Assembly: GCA_028708605.1 (NCBI GenBank)
Contig: JAQVYS010000002.1
Span: 82 to 64,081, forward strand
Source of the DNA: Bacillota bacterium
GTDB taxonomy: Bacteria; Bacillota; DTU065
Direction: 5' to 3'
Length of the DNA stretch: 64,000 nt
The notes below the pieces were generated by a model. That model saw only the letters and a list, made by a program, of their open reading frames with translations, had not been told where the DNA came from and did no database searches. Below are positions 41,833-52,517 of the stretch, piece after piece; the first letter of the stretch is position 1; each line of letters starts with the position of its first letter. Both the position numbers and the translations under genes were made by a program.

Positions 41833-43206
41833 ATGACAAAGCGGTTTAATTTGTTTTTCGTAGTTATTATGTTATGTCTTTTTAGCCTGACTTCACTAGC
41901 ATCTTCAGAAACGATCGAAGCTTATGAAGGGACCTGGGTGTTTGAGGAAGAGGCTATTGTCACGAAGATAGACGATAACCCAGATATTGATTTTAACTCA
42001 GCCTACTTCAATCAAACAAAAGACAGCTTCTACTTTGAAACAGACTTTACAATTGAAGAAAGCAAAAACTTAAGTAGATGGTTTGGTGTTTCTTACCGCA
42101 CGCCTGAGGACAAAACCTTATCACACATGCTTCGTGTTAAACAAAATACTACCCTTGGAAACGGTATTGAGCGTACCTTTCTAACTGAAGACAGATGGAG
42201 AAGACAGCTTAACTTCGCTGGCGAAGAGCTCTTAGAAATTGGTGTAAAGTATAACTTTAAAATGGCTGTCTCTAACGACTATCTTATTGTACTTCTTAAT
42301 GACAAACCAATTCTTGCAACTAAGTGTGCGTCTAATGTCGCTGAAGGTCTAGTCGGTCTTCACGCCTATGGCATGACTGTTAGATTTGAAAATACAGTCC
42401 TTTCGGACTATCCTGCAGATGAAATGGTTGCATACGAAGAAATAGCTAATTGGCAAGCAGGACGAGATAGAGCTGCAGCCTATCCTACTATTCCTATTAT
42501 AGTAGCTCATAGAGGTAACTCATCAGAAGCACCAGAAAATACAATGGCTTCTGTTAAATCTGCAATCGCAGTTGGTGCAGATGCTGTAGAAATTGACGTC
42601 TATCGCACAATCGATGGAGAGCTTGTACTTCTTCATGATAGCTCATTAGAGCGTACAACTAATGGCACTGGCGATGTTAAAACTAAAACCTATGACTATC
42701 TCAAAACTCTTGATGCGGGTTCTTCGTTTAACAGAAAATTCGCAGGTGAACCTATACCTCTTCTAAGGGATGTACTCTTAGAGATTAAGGATAAGGTGAC
42801 ATTAGTCATTGAACTTAAACAAGCTGGCATTGAAAGAGATGTTCTTGATTTAATTATTGAAACTGGCACTAGAGATCAGGTGGTTGTGATAGCCTTTAAT
42901 GCAGGGTTACTTGCTAACTTCTATTACATGGCTCCTGATATTCCAACATCTGTTCTCTCCTATTCTACAAAAACTATAGATGAGGTTGTTGCTCTAGCTG
43001 CTACAGGTAAAACCCGTTCCGTTGATCTTAACTACGGTGTCATTAATAAGGAAATGGCCACCTACTTAATAGGTCGCGGTTATTCACTATGGGCTTGGAC
43101 AGTAAATAACGTTAAGGATATGCAACGAATGGTTGATTTGGGCGCCTCAGTTATTACAACTGATAATCCTAGGGCCGCTATCGATTATTTCAGACCACTA
43201 AACTAG
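41833..43206 (+). CDS. secreted two-domain protein: N-terminal DUF1080-like (concanavalin-like) domain plus C-terminal glycerophosphodiester phosphodiesterase (GDPD)
   Basis: Signal peptide MTKRFNLFFVVIMLCLFSLTSLASS, and a strong RBS AAGGAGAGAAGAGGAG. The N-domain ends with …GLVGLHAYGMTVRFENTVL, which resembles the DUF1080 terminal motif. The C-domain has the GDPD signature IVAHRGNSSEAPENT…EIDV…LHD. Confidence 0.7.
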   Translation: MTKRFNLFFVVIMLCLFSLTSLASSETIEAYEGTWVFEEEAIVTKIDDNPDIDFNSAYFNQTKDSFYFETDFTIEESKNLSRWFGVSYRTPEDKTLSHMLRVKQNTTLGNGIERTFLTEDRWRRQLNFAGEELLEIGVKYNFKMAVSNDYLIVLLNDKPILATKCASNVAEGLVGLHAYGMTVRFENTVLSDYPADEMVAYEEIANWQAGRDRAAAYPTIPIIVAHRGNSSEAPENTMASVKSAIAVGADAVEIDVYRTIDGELVLLHDSSLERTTNGTGDVKTKTYDYLKTLDAGSSFNRKFAGEPIPLLRDVLLEIKDKVTLVIELKQAGIERDVLDLIIETGTRDQVVVIAFNAGLLANFYYMAPDIPTSVLSYSTKTIDEVVALAATGKTRSVDLNYGVINKEMATYLIGRGYSLWAWTVNNVKDMQRMVDLGASVITTDNPRAAIDYFRPLN

Positions 43207-43221
43207 TAATTATGTATAAGA

Positions 43222-43266
43222 AAGACAGTTTACGCTTAGAGAGGAAAACTGTCTTTCTTTTCGTTA
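43222..43266 (+). terminator. rho-independent terminator of the GDPD gene
   Basis: GAAAGACAGTTTACGCTTAGAGAGGAAAACTGTCTTTCTTTTCG: a 12-bp stem followed by a T-run. Confidence 0.6.
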
Positions 43267-43293
43267 TTCCTTCTATTGAAGATTTTCCTGTCA

Positions 43294-43325
43294 AAGAAGC
43301 AGCTACCTTGCGTAGCTGCTTCTTT
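43294..43325. terminator. second hairpin in the convergent intergenic region, immediately 3' of the cimA stop
   Basis: AAGAAGCAGCTACCTTGCGTAGCTGCTTCTT is a 12-bp stem. The plus strand has the better T-run, and on the minus strand only TTT follows. Confidence 0.4.
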
Positions 43326-44887
43326 TATATTTCTCTTGCTTTATAGAGCCCGAAGACAATACTATCAAAAAGCGCTCTCCAGCTTGCTTCAATAATATTC
43401 GGCGAAACACCAACTGTACCCCAAGATTTCCCAAATCCTGTGCTCTCTATGAGTACTCTTACAGATGCTGCAGTAGCACTGCGTGGATCTAGTACTCTTA
43501 CCTTATAGTCACTAAGACTAATATTATCAATCTCTGGATAGACGTCTTTTAGTGCAAGTCTAAGAGCTTTATCTAAAGCGTTAACAGGTCCATCACCTTC
43601 ACTTACTGTGTGATAGCAGTTATCTCCAACCTGTATTTTTACTGTTGCTTCAGCAACAAATTGTCCAGACCCGTTCTTTTCAATAATCATACGGAGACCT
43701 TTAAGTGAGAAAAACTCTGGGACAAGACCTAGGGATCTTTTTAGAAGCAATTCAAAAGATGCTTCAGCGCCTTCAAAAGAATAACCTTTAAACTCTAGGT
43801 TCTTTACTGTATCTAAAAGCGGAGAAAACATATCTTTATCCCCTTCTAGCCCATACTCCTCCGCTTTATAAGAAAGATTGGCAATACCGCTTAGCTCTGA
43901 AACTAAGACTCTACGCCTATTGCCTACAACCTCAGGCCGAATATGCTCATAAGTTTCAGGGTTTTTCCTAAGAGCGGAAACATGAATCCCACCTTTATGA
44001 GTAAACGCCGCTTTACCAACAAAAGGCTGATAGTCATTTGGAATAATATTCGTAATCTCATAAAAATAGTTACTAAGCTTAGTCAGCTCTCCAAGCTTAT
44101 TTCCTGCAAGCAGTTCACACCCCATTTTGATTTGCAAATTAGGAATTACCGAGCTAAGATTGGCATTGCCACTACGCTCACCAAAGCCATTAATAGTCCC
44201 ATGAACTATTCTAGCCCCGCCATCAACTGCTGCAAGCGAATTGGCAACTGCTAAATCTGCGTCGTTATGAGCATGAATGCCTACAAAGGTATTTGGAAAG
44301 TTCTCACAAACAGTCTTGGTAGTTTTATATACAGAAGCTGGTAAGGTTCCACCATTGGTGTCGCAAAGTACAATACTTTTAGCACCTGCTTCAACTGCTT
44401 TGGCTAGACACTTTAGAGCATACTCACTATCAGCTTTAAACCCATCAAAGAAGTGTTCGGCATCAAAATGGACTTCAAGCCCTTTAGACTTAAGGTAAGA
44501 TACTGAATCACCTATCATATTAAGGTTTTCTTCAGCTGTAGTATTTAGAGCCTCTTTTACATGAAAAAGCCAAGTTTTACCAAAGATTGCTGCCTCTTTG
44601 ACTCCTGATGCGACAAGAGCATTGAGGTTAATGTCTTCTTCAGCTCTAATGTCTTTTTTACGCGTGCTTCCAAAGGCTGTGATAATTGCATTTTGAGGTT
44701 GCCAATTCTTGCAAAGCTCAAAAAACTCTTTGTCTTTAGGATTAGATCCAGGCCAGCCACCTTCAATATAGTCTACACCAAAACTATCTAACCTTTTGGC
44801 TAGTTTTAGTTTATCCTCTGCCAAAAGATTGAGCCCCTCTCTTTGGGTCCCATCACGCAAAGAGGTGTCATAGATAGCGATTCTCAC
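43325..44887 (-). CDS. cimA: (R)-citramalate synthase (LeuA-family, CimA type)
   Basis: MRIAIYDTSLRDGTQREG…, 520 aa, is a DRE_TIM metallolyase with a C-terminal LeuA-dimer domain. It is distinct from the canonical leuA at 47666 in the same operon. The CimA N-terminus is typically MxIxIYDTTLRDGxQ. Confidence 0.65.
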   Translation of the reverse strand: MRIAIYDTSLRDGTQREGLNLLAEDKLKLAKRLDSFGVDYIEGGWPGSNPKDKEFFELCKNWQPQNAIITAFGSTRKKDIRAEEDINLNALVASGVKEAAIFGKTWLFHVKEALNTTAEENLNMIGDSVSYLKSKGLEVHFDAEHFFDGFKADSEYALKCLAKAVEAGAKSIVLCDTNGGTLPASVYKTTKTVCENFPNTFVGIHAHNDADLAVANSLAAVDGGARIVHGTINGFGERSGNANLSSVIPNLQIKMGCELLAGNKLGELTKLSNYFYEITNIIPNDYQPFVGKAAFTHKGGIHVSALRKNPETYEHIRPEVVGNRRRVLVSELSGIANLSYKAEEYGLEGDKDMFSPLLDTVKNLEFKGYSFEGAEASFELLLKRSLGLVPEFFSLKGLRMIIEKNGSGQFVAEATVKIQVGDNCYHTVSEGDGPVNALDKALRLALKDVYPEIDNISLSDYKVRVLDPRSATAASVRVLIESTGFGKSWGTVGVSPNIIEASWRALFDSIVFGLYKAREI

Positions 44888-45942
44888 CTTTGCCCCTCCA
44901 AATACGCCTCCAATTTTTTACCTACTTCAGTGCAGGTTAAGCTACCACCTAGATCCGGAGTTACCTCATTTTCGTTTAAAACATAGTAGACTGCATCGTC
45001 AATCTTCTTAGCCCCATCACTGTCACCTAGGTGAGTCAACATCATCGAACCAGCTAAGACGGTAGCTAAAGGATTGGCCGTATTTTTGTCAGCAATATCT
45101 GGAGCAGAGCCATGTACAGGCTCGAACATAGAGAGTCCTTCAGGATTGATGTTTCCTGACGCAGCAAGCCCTAACCCCCCACAAACAGCAGCACCAAGGT
45201 CAGTTAGAATATCACCAAACATATTGGTGGTTACAACTACATCCAAAGTCTCTGGTGCAAGCACCATCTTCATCGCTGCTGCATCAACTAGCAGGTGATC
45301 TGCTATTAACTCTGGATACTCAGCTGCAACCTCTATAAATACCCTCTGCCACAGATCATGAGCAAAGGTTAAGACGTTACTTTTATCGATTAAAGTAACC
45401 TTTTTACGTCCTTCTGTTTTCGCCCAATCAAAAGCATATCTTACTATTCTCTCTACACCTTTTCTAGTTTGTACAAGCTCTTGAAGTGCAACTTCATCTG
45501 GAGTACCTTTTTTCAAGACTCCTCCAGCACCAATATAAAGATCCTCAGTATTCTCCCTGAAGAACATTACATCTAACTGATCAAGGTTTTTCAGAGGAGT
45601 AAGGTCCTTGCGATAAAGCTTCATTGGGCGCAAGTTTGCAAACTGGTCAAACTCAAAACGCAGAGCAAGAAGAATACCTCTCTCTAACACCCCTGGCTTT
45701 ACGCGAGGATCGCCGAGTGCTCCTAAAAACACTGCATTATATGACTTTAATTCCTCTTTAATCTCATCAGGCAAGACCTCTCCAGTTCTAAGATATCTAT
45801 CCGCGCCTAAATCAAAGAGTTTGCTTTCAAGCTTAAGTGACGTAGCCTTTTTAACTACCTCCCAGGCCACGGGTACGATCTCTTTACCTATTCCATCGCC
45901 TGGTACTAAAGCGATTTTCTTTACATCAGTCATTTTCCTCAC
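44884..45942 (-). CDS. leuB: 3-isopropylmalate dehydrogenase
   Basis: 352-aa isocitrate/isopropylmalate dehydrogenase fold, with …GDGIGKEI… and …NMFGDILTDLGA…. Confidence 0.9.
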   Translation of the reverse strand: MRKMTDVKKIALVPGDGIGKEIVPVAWEVVKKATSLKLESKLFDLGADRYLRTGEVLPDEIKEELKSYNAVFLGALGDPRVKPGVLERGILLALRFEFDQFANLRPMKLYRKDLTPLKNLDQLDVMFFRENTEDLYIGAGGVLKKGTPDEVALQELVQTRKGVERIVRYAFDWAKTEGRKKVTLIDKSNVLTFAHDLWQRVFIEVAAEYPELIADHLLVDAAAMKMVLAPETLDVVVTTNMFGDILTDLGAAVCGGLGLAASGNINPEGLSMFEPVHGSAPDIADKNTANPLATVLAGSMMLTHLGDSDGAKKIDDAVYYVLNENEVTPDLGGSLTCTEVGKKLEAYLEGQR

Positions 45943-46426
45943 CTACCTCTAATTCTTTTTTGACATATTCGATAAGCCCACCAGATTGCATAATTTCCAT
46001 TAGTTCCGGTGGAAAGGCTTGGGCTTGAAACTTCTCACCATTTACTTCCACAATACCTCTATCTAGATCAACTGTGACTAAATCGCCATCTTTAACCTTT
46101 TTTTCTAGAGAAACCTCTAGAATCGGTAGCCCAATATTAATCGCATTGCGGTAAAAAATCCTTGCAAAAGAATCAGCAATAACGCAGGACACTCCTGCAG
46201 CTTTAATTGCAAGTGGTGCATGCTCTCTTGATGAGCCACAACCAAAGTTTTTCCCAGCTACAATGACATCTCCTAGCTTGACTCTCTCCGCAAAAGTTGG
46301 ATCTGCGTCTTCCATACAATGTGCTTTAAGATGATCAAGGTCAAATTTATTCAGATATCTTGCAGGGATGATCGCATCTGTATCGATATCACTACCAAAA
46401 ACAAATACTCTACCAGTTAATTTCAT
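45926..46426 (-). CDS. leuD: 3-isopropylmalate dehydratase small subunit (type 2, short form)
   Basis: 166-aa aconitase swivel domain. Confidence 0.85.
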   Translation of the reverse strand: MKLTGRVFVFGSDIDTDAIIPARYLNKFDLDHLKAHCMEDADPTFAERVKLGDVIVAGKNFGCGSSREHAPLAIKAAGVSCVIADSFARIFYRNAINIGLPILEVSLEKKVKDGDLVTVDLDRGIVEVNGEKFQAQAFPPELMEIMQSGGLIEYVKKELEVGEEND

Positions 46427-47694
46427 GAGAGCACCTCCTCAGGGTGAACGATCTCACCTGCAACAGCAGATGCTGCAGCTACATATGGTCCTGAAAGGTA
46501 AACAAAGCTTTGAGGATGCCCCATGCGTCCCACAAAGTTGCGGTTAGTGGTAGAAAGAGATACTTCTCCACTTGCCAAAATACCCATATGACCTCCAAGA
46601 CATGGTCCACAGGTAGGTGTGCTAACAGCAGCTCCAGCCTCAACAAAGGTCTGAACAAGCCCCTCTTCAATAGCTTGAAGATAGATTCGTTGAGTACCAG
46701 GGATCACAATCATTCGCACGTTTTTATTGACTTTGCGTCCTTTTAAGACTTCAGCTGCCTCTCTTAGATCTTCGATCCTACCGTTGGTACATGATCCGAC
46801 AACAACCTGATCTACTTTAATTCCCTTCGCTTCTCTTACACTCTTAGCATTTTCAGGAAGGTGTGGGAAAGCTACTTGAGGTTCTAGGTTTGAGACATCA
46901 AAATCATGAATTTTGTAATAGGAAGCATCTTGGTCAGGGTAGAGTTCAGAAACAGTTTGGCCTGCTTTTTTGAGATACTCTACAGTCTTACTGTCCGCTG
47001 CAAAAAGACCCGCTTTAGCCCCAGCTTCGATTGCCATGTTAGCCATAGTAAGCCTTGCTTCTACAGAAAGTGCAGAAATGACCTCTCCGCCAAATTCCAT
47101 TGCTTGGTATCTGGCACCATCGACACCGATTTTGCCAATTGTAAAGATAATTAGGTCTTTACCTGAAACATATGGCTTTAGTTTGCCAGTAAAATTAAAC
47201 CTTTGAGTATGTGGCACTCTAAACCAGGCCTTGCCTATTGCCATGGCTGCTGCCATATCAGTTGAACCAACGCCAGTAGCAAAGCTTCCCAAAGCGCCAT
47301 AGGTGCAGGTATGGGAGTCAGCTCCAATAATCAAAAATCCCGGTTCTGCTAAGCCTTTTTCAGGAATAAGGCAGTGCTCTATTCCCATATCACCTACATC
47401 GTAAAAATGGGTGATGTCATGTTCTCTTGCAAATTCTCGTACAAACTTAACCTGTTCTGCAGCAAGAATGTCTTTGTTAGGAGTAAAATGATCACAGATA
47501 AGTGCGACTTTGTCTATGTCAAATACTTTTTTAGCCCCAAGACGCCGAAATTCCTTAATTGCCACAGGTGCAGTAATATCATTACCTAGAACTAAATCAA
47601 GCTTTGCCATAACAAAATCACCAGGTTTTACCGACTCTCTATCACTATGGCTAGCTAAGATCTTCTCAGCTAAAGTCTGAGCCACCTGCCTCAC
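46423..47694 (-). CDS. leuC: 3-isopropylmalate dehydratase large subunit (type 2)
   Basis: About 420-aa aconitase-family protein with Fe-S ligand cysteines (…GSCTNGR…, …TPTCGPCLG…). It has a GTG start, and an alternative GTG at 47685 has better RBS spacing. Confidence 0.85.
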   Translation of the reverse strand: MRQVAQTLAEKILASHSDRESVKPGDFVMAKLDLVLGNDITAPVAIKEFRRLGAKKVFDIDKVALICDHFTPNKDILAAEQVKFVREFAREHDITHFYDVGDMGIEHCLIPEKGLAEPGFLIIGADSHTCTYGALGSFATGVGSTDMAAAMAIGKAWFRVPHTQRFNFTGKLKPYVSGKDLIIFTIGKIGVDGARYQAMEFGGEVISALSVEARLTMANMAIEAGAKAGLFAADSKTVEYLKKAGQTVSELYPDQDASYYKIHDFDVSNLEPQVAFPHLPENAKSVREAKGIKVDQVVVGSCTNGRIEDLREAAEVLKGRKVNKNVRMIVIPGTQRIYLQAIEEGLVQTFVEAGAAVSTPTCGPCLGGHMGILASGEVSLSTTNRNFVGRMGHPQSFVYLSGPYVAAASAVAGEIVHPEEVLS

Positions 47695-49231
47695 TCCTAT
47701 CGTGCATTTGTTCCGAAAAAACGCGGTTTAGTGCTTGTAAATAAGCTTCTGCACTCGCTCTAACAACATCGTTGTGGACTCCTCTGCCAAGGTAAGTTTG
47801 ACCGTTATAGTTGATTCTGACCATAACCTCGCCAAAAGAGTCAGTCCCAGCTGTAGTTGCTCCGATTTGGTATTCCAATAAGCTTACCTCAAGTCCAACG
47901 GCTCTTTCTAGCGCTTTGTATACACTATCTACTGCGCCGTCTCCAGCTGCAGCTTCAGTTACTATCTCTGGTTCTATGCTACCTGCTTGCTTTTTGAGCT
48001 TTACAAGAGCCATAGCATCTTCGCCACTTAAAACCTGCATATTTACAAGTTCAAATGTCGCTATTGTTCTTGTAGCTTCAGTAGACAAAATCGCTTCAAG
48101 GTCCTTATCATCTACGGATTTTTTGCGATCTGCAAGCTCAATAAACTTTATAAATGCTTGCTCTAATTCTTTTTCGTCAAGTGTATAACCTAGTTCTTGC
48201 ACCCTCTGGCTAAATGCATGTCTTCCTGAGTGTTTGCCAAGAACAATTTTGGATTTTAAATAGCCTACTGATTCTGGAGTCATAATCTCATAAGTGGTTC
48301 TTTCTTTCAAAACGCCATCTTGATGTATCCCAGACTCGTGTGCGAAAGCATTTTCTCCAATAACGGCTTTGTTTCTTGGAACAGGATAACCTGTAAGGTT
48401 AGACACTAATCTAGAGGTTTGATAAAGCCTCTTTGTGACAATATCCGTCTCCACATTGTATTGGTCGTTTCTTACAATCAAGGCCATTATTACCTCTTCT
48501 AAGGCAGCATTACCAGCCCTCTCACCGATTCCATTTATCGTACTTTCTACTTGCCTTGCGCCTACCTTTACGGCAGTTAGAGAGTTACTTACAGCAAGAC
48601 CTAGGTCATTATGGCAGTGTACTGAAAGAAGCACTGGATCTTTTTCTCTTTGAAAGCCCTTAACGTTTTTTAAGAGATATTCCAGGAGTTTTTCATATTC
48701 CCAGGGCATCGTATAGCCAACAGTATCAGGGATATTTACAACATCAGCCCCGGCTTCAATTACAGCCTCAGAAAGCTCGCGCAAAAACTTCCAATCGCTT
48801 CTAGTTGCATCTTCAGCGGAAAACTCTACCCGTGCACCAGTGCTTTTTGCCATAGCTACAGCTTCCACTGCTTTTTTAAAAATTGCATCTGGCTTTAGAT
48901 GCAATTTATGTTCCATGTGTATAGGAGATGAAGCTATAAATGTATGGATTACTGGAGCTTTTGCACTTTTTAGCGCATTTGCTGCAACCTCTATATCTTT
49001 GGGGACTGCTCTTGCAAGAGCAGCCACCCTACAACTTACTTCGCTAGCTACAGCTTTTACGCCCTCAAAATCGCCAGGACTTGCCACAGGAAAACCTGCT
49101 TCGATTGTACTGATGCCAAGCCTCTCTAAAGCTTTAGCAATTTCAACCTTTTCTTTCGCGTTTAAATTAATTCCAGGGGATTGTTCGCCATCTCTTAAAG
49201 TCGTATCAAAAAACTCAACTTTATTATTCAA
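47666..49231 (-). CDS. leuA: 2-isopropylmalate synthase
   Basis: [20 protein letters not shown]… with HxH metal ligands (…VHCHNDLG…) and a C-terminal regulatory domain. 521 aa. Confidence 0.85.
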   Translation of the reverse strand: MNNKVEFFDTTLRDGEQSPGINLNAKEKVEIAKALERLGISTIEAGFPVASPGDFEGVKAVASEVSCRVAALARAVPKDIEVAANALKSAKAPVIHTFIASSPIHMEHKLHLKPDAIFKKAVEAVAMAKSTGARVEFSAEDATRSDWKFLRELSEAVIEAGADVVNIPDTVGYTMPWEYEKLLEYLLKNVKGFQREKDPVLLSVHCHNDLGLAVSNSLTAVKVGARQVESTINGIGERAGNAALEEVIMALIVRNDQYNVETDIVTKRLYQTSRLVSNLTGYPVPRNKAVIGENAFAHESGIHQDGVLKERTTYEIMTPESVGYLKSKIVLGKHSGRHAFSQRVQELGYTLDEKELEQAFIKFIELADRKKSVDDKDLEAILSTEATRTIATFELVNMQVLSGEDAMALVKLKKQAGSIEPEIVTEAAAGDGAVDSVYKALERAVGLEVSLLEYQIGATTAGTDSFGEVMVRINYNGQTYLGRGVHNDVVRASAEAYLQALNRVFSEQMHDRSEAGGSDFS

Positions 49232-49248
49232 TCAAAACCCTCCTAGAA

Positions 49249-50241
49249 CTATTTTTTAATCCAAGGCATCATCTTACGGAGTTCTTTGCCTACCTCTTCA
49301 ATTTGGTGTTCTTGCGCTAGTTTTCTAAGAGAACTAAACTTAGCTCTACCAGTCATATTCTCCATAATCCAATCTCTAGCAAACTCACCTTCTTGAATAT
49401 CTTTTAGAGTTTTGTCCATAGCAACTTTAACCTCATCGCCGATGATTTTTGGTCCTACAGTTAAGTCGCCGTATTCGGCAGTGTCGCTAATAGAATAACG
49501 CATATTGCTCATGCCACCCTCATACATCAGATCAACAATAAGCTTCATCTCGTGGAGGCACTCAAAATATGCAACTTCTGGTTGGTAACCTGCATTAACT
49601 AAGGTTTCAAAACCCAGTTTGACTAAAGAGGTCATGCCTCCACAAAGTACTGCTTGCTCACCAAACAGATCAGTTTCAGTCTCTTCTTTAAAAGTAGTCT
49701 CTAACACACCAGCTCTAGTTGCACCGATACCTTTGGCATAGGCCAAAGCAAGATCGAAGGCCTGACCAGTAGCGTTTTGATAGACTGCAATAAGTGCAGG
49801 TACACCTCTGCCCTCTTCGAATTGGCGTCTTACCAAATGTCCAGGTCCTTTCGGTGCCACCATAAAGACATCGACATCACTAGGAGGTGTAATCTGATTA
49901 AAGTGGATATTAAAGCCATGTGAAAAAACTAAAGCTTTCCCTGGCTTAAGATAGGGTGCGATATCTTGTTCATAAACAGCCTTTTGTTTTTCATCTGGAA
50001 GTAGGATCTGTATTACATCGGCAGCTTCTGCAGCTTCTTTTACGCTTACTGGGCTAAAACCATGTGAAACTGCAAGATCATAGTTCTTCGAACCTGGTCT
50101 TTGGGCAACAATTACCTCTACTCCGCTTTCTCTTAAGTTCTGAGCGTGAGCGTGACCTTGAGAACCATAGCCTAAAATCGCCAATTTCTTACCGCTTAAC
50201 AAACTCAAATCTGCATCTTCATTGTAATAAAGCTTTGCCAT
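49249..50241 (-). CDS. ilvC: ketol-acid reductoisomerase
   Basis: Class I KARI, 330 aa, with a [10 protein letters not shown] Rossmann motif. Confidence 0.92.
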   Translation of the reverse strand: MAKLYYNEDADLSLLSGKKLAILGYGSQGHAHAQNLRESGVEVIVAQRPGSKNYDLAVSHGFSPVSVKEAAEAADVIQILLPDEKQKAVYEQDIAPYLKPGKALVFSHGFNIHFNQITPPSDVDVFMVAPKGPGHLVRRQFEEGRGVPALIAVYQNATGQAFDLALAYAKGIGATRAGVLETTFKEETETDLFGEQAVLCGGMTSLVKLGFETLVNAGYQPEVAYFECLHEMKLIVDLMYEGGMSNMRYSISDTAEYGDLTVGPKIIGDEVKVAMDKTLKDIQEGEFARDWIMENMTGRAKFSSLRKLAQEHQIEEVGKELRKMMPWIKK

Positions 50242-50257
50242 CTAAAAAACCTCCCTA

Positions 50258-50755
50258 TTATTGGTTACTCCTTGCAAGAGCGATTTTGCCTGTACGAACT
50301 ATTTCTGAAATTCCATATCCATCAAGCATTTGGATCAAGGCATCTATCTTCTCTGTATCACCTGTAACTTCAACCATCACTTCACGGGGACTTACATCAA
50401 CAATTTTTGCGCGAAAGATATCGACTATCTGCAAAATATCTGAGCGCTTTTCACCATTTACTTGGATTAAAGCTAATTCCCGTTCAACTCTTTGAGCATT
50501 AGTTAGATTAACGATCTTTAAGACATCAACTAGCTTGTGAAGCTGTTTTTCGACTTGCTCTAGTCTCTCCTCTGCCTCCTCTATTACGATAGTAATGCGA
50601 GAGACACGGATATCTTCTGTCGGACCTACTGCAAGTGAATGAATATTATAACCCCTTCTAGTAAAAAGACCGGTCACACGTGATAGAACGCCTGGTTCAT
50701 TGCGCACTAAAACAGCTAAAATCACTTTTTCAAGTTTGATAGCATCACTCATCAT
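50258..50755 (-). CDS. ilvN: acetolactate synthase small (regulatory) subunit
   Basis: ACT domain …LAVLVRNEPGVLSRVTGLFTRRGYNI… The start is trimmed to ATGATG, which follows GGGGGCAAA and overlaps the ilvB TGA stop. Confidence 0.85.
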   Translation of the reverse strand: MMSDAIKLEKVILAVLVRNEPGVLSRVTGLFTRRGYNIHSLAVGPTEDIRVSRITIVIEEAEERLEQVEKQLHKLVDVLKIVNLTNAQRVERELALIQVNGEKRSDILQIVDIFRAKIVDVSPREVMVEVTGDTEKIDALIQMLDGYGISEIVRTGKIALARSNQ

Positions 50756-52517
50756 TTTGCCCCCTTTGCCATGAAGGTGTTGGAGCTTTAGAGGCATGAA
50801 ACATCTCACACAAAGATGCCCCTGGTGCTACCATTGGCCAAACTGATTCATCGGGGTCAACAGCAACCTCGATAAAATAAGGACCTTCAGCTTTTAGCGC
50901 CACCTTAAATTCGTCTAAATCATCTAACCCCTTAACCCTTAGAGATGGGATACTATACGCATTTGCTAAAGCACAGAAATCAGGAATAGAACCTGTGCAT
51001 GTCTGAGAATAACGGCCATTATAGAAAATTGTTTGCCACTGCCTTACCATCCCAAGCACTCGGTTGTTTAAGAGAACTACCTTTACTGGAATGTTATAAG
51101 CTGCGATAGTAGCAAGCTCTTGAATATTCATCTGGATAGAGCCATCGCCTGTTACTAGGACTACCTGCTCTTTAGGTCTTCCAAGTTGAGCTCCAATTGC
51201 TGCTGGCAAGCCATACCCCATAGTTCCTAGGCCACCTGAAGTGATAAAACTGCGGGGCTTCTCTATTTTGATATACTGTGCTGCCCACATCTGATTCTGC
51301 CCAACGTCTGTAGCTACTATCAGCTGGTTTTTAAACAGCGAAGAAGCCAGCTCTAAGACTACCTTAGGATCCACACTGTCTTTTTGCCTGCATGGTGGAG
51401 GTAACTCTGCGAAATGCATGTTTGGTTCTGTACAGTTAACACAGTCCCCACGCTTTGGTTCTTTTGCCGTTTGTGCAGGAAACTCAAAGTTTTGTATCTC
51501 TAAAATCCAGTCCTTGTGGCTTAACCGAGTATCATCTATCAGCTCTGTTAACACTGTGTTTGCGTCGCCAACAATTGGTACGTATGCTGGAACATTCTTA
51601 CCAATTTCAGCTGCATCAATATCGATATGGACAATCTTAGCCTTTTCTGCAAATTTATTTAGTGCTCCGGTAACTCTATCATCAAACCTTGCACCAATTG
51701 CAATCAGAAGATCGCAGTTTTGTACGGCAAGGTTCGCCCAAGGCGTTCCATGCATACCAAGCATTCCTAAATTCAACTCATGGTTACCGGGAAAAGCTCC
51801 AATTCCCATGAGAGTTGTAGTTACTGGAATATTAAAGTTTTCAGCGAGTTTTAGCAAAAGCTTACTTGCATCTTGTGCTCCGCCTCCGGCATAAATCAAT
51901 GGTTTGTTAGCTTCTTTAATTAGCTTTCTCGCTATTGCAATCTGTCTTGGATGACCTTCTTTAAGAACCCGGTAACCTTGTAGTTCCAGCCTTTGTTTGC
52001 TCCCACTCTTACTTACATAATTCATTAATGCATCTTTAGTGATATCCACAAGAACTGGGCCTGGTCTTCCAGTGCTTGCAATATAGAACGCTTCCTTAAG
52101 TATTGCTTCGATTTTGTTTTCATCTTTAATTAAATAGTTATGCTTAGTTATCGGCATGGTAATACCAAATACGTCTGCTTCTTGAAAAGAGTCTTTACCT
52201 ATAAGACCAGACTGCACCTGACCTGTAATTGCCACCATAGGTACGGAGTCCATATAGGCATTAGCAAGACCAGTTACAAGATTCGTGGCACCTGGACCGG
52301 ATGTTGCAATAACCACTCCTACTTTCCCAGATGCTCTAGCGTAACCATCTGCTGCATGTGCCGCACCTTGTTCATGTCTGGTTAGGATGTGCTTTAGACT
52401 AGAGCCATATAATGCATCATAAATAGGTAAAACTGCTCCTCCTGGATAACCAAACACATACTCGACATCTAGGTCCTTTAGTGTACTGACTAAAACCTCT
52501 GCACCTGTTTTTGCCAA
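50745..52517 (-). CDS. ilvB: acetolactate synthase large (catalytic) subunit
   Basis: ThDP enzyme (…GDGSIQMNIQEL…). The start is trimmed to TTG (LAKTGAEVLVSTLKDL…), which follows AGGGAGGTGA. The longer track ORF reads through the T-box terminator. Confidence 0.85.
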   Translation of the reverse strand: MAKTGAEVLVSTLKDLDVEYVFGYPGGAVLPIYDALYGSSLKHILTRHEQGAAHAADGYARASGKVGVVIATSGPGATNLVTGLANAYMDSVPMVAITGQVQSGLIGKDSFQEADVFGITMPITKHNYLIKDENKIEAILKEAFYIASTGRPGPVLVDITKDALMNYVSKSGSKQRLELQGYRVLKEGHPRQIAIARKLIKEANKPLIYAGGGAQDASKLLLKLAENFNIPVTTTLMGIGAFPGNHELNLGMLGMHGTPWANLAVQNCDLLIAIGARFDDRVTGALNKFAEKAKIVHIDIDAAEIGKNVPAYVPIVGDANTVLTELIDDTRLSHKDWILEIQNFEFPAQTAKEPKRGDCVNCTEPNMHFAELPPPCRQKDSVDPKVVLELASSLFKNQLIVATDVGQNQMWAAQYIKIEKPRSFITSGGLGTMGYGLPAAIGAQLGRPKEQVVLVTGDGSIQMNIQELATIAAYNIPVKVVLLNNRVLGMVRQWQTIFYNGRYSQTCTGSIPDFCALANAYSIPSLRVKGLDDLDEFKVALKAEGPYFIEVAVDPDESVWPMVAPGASLCEMFHASKAPTPSWQRGQNDE

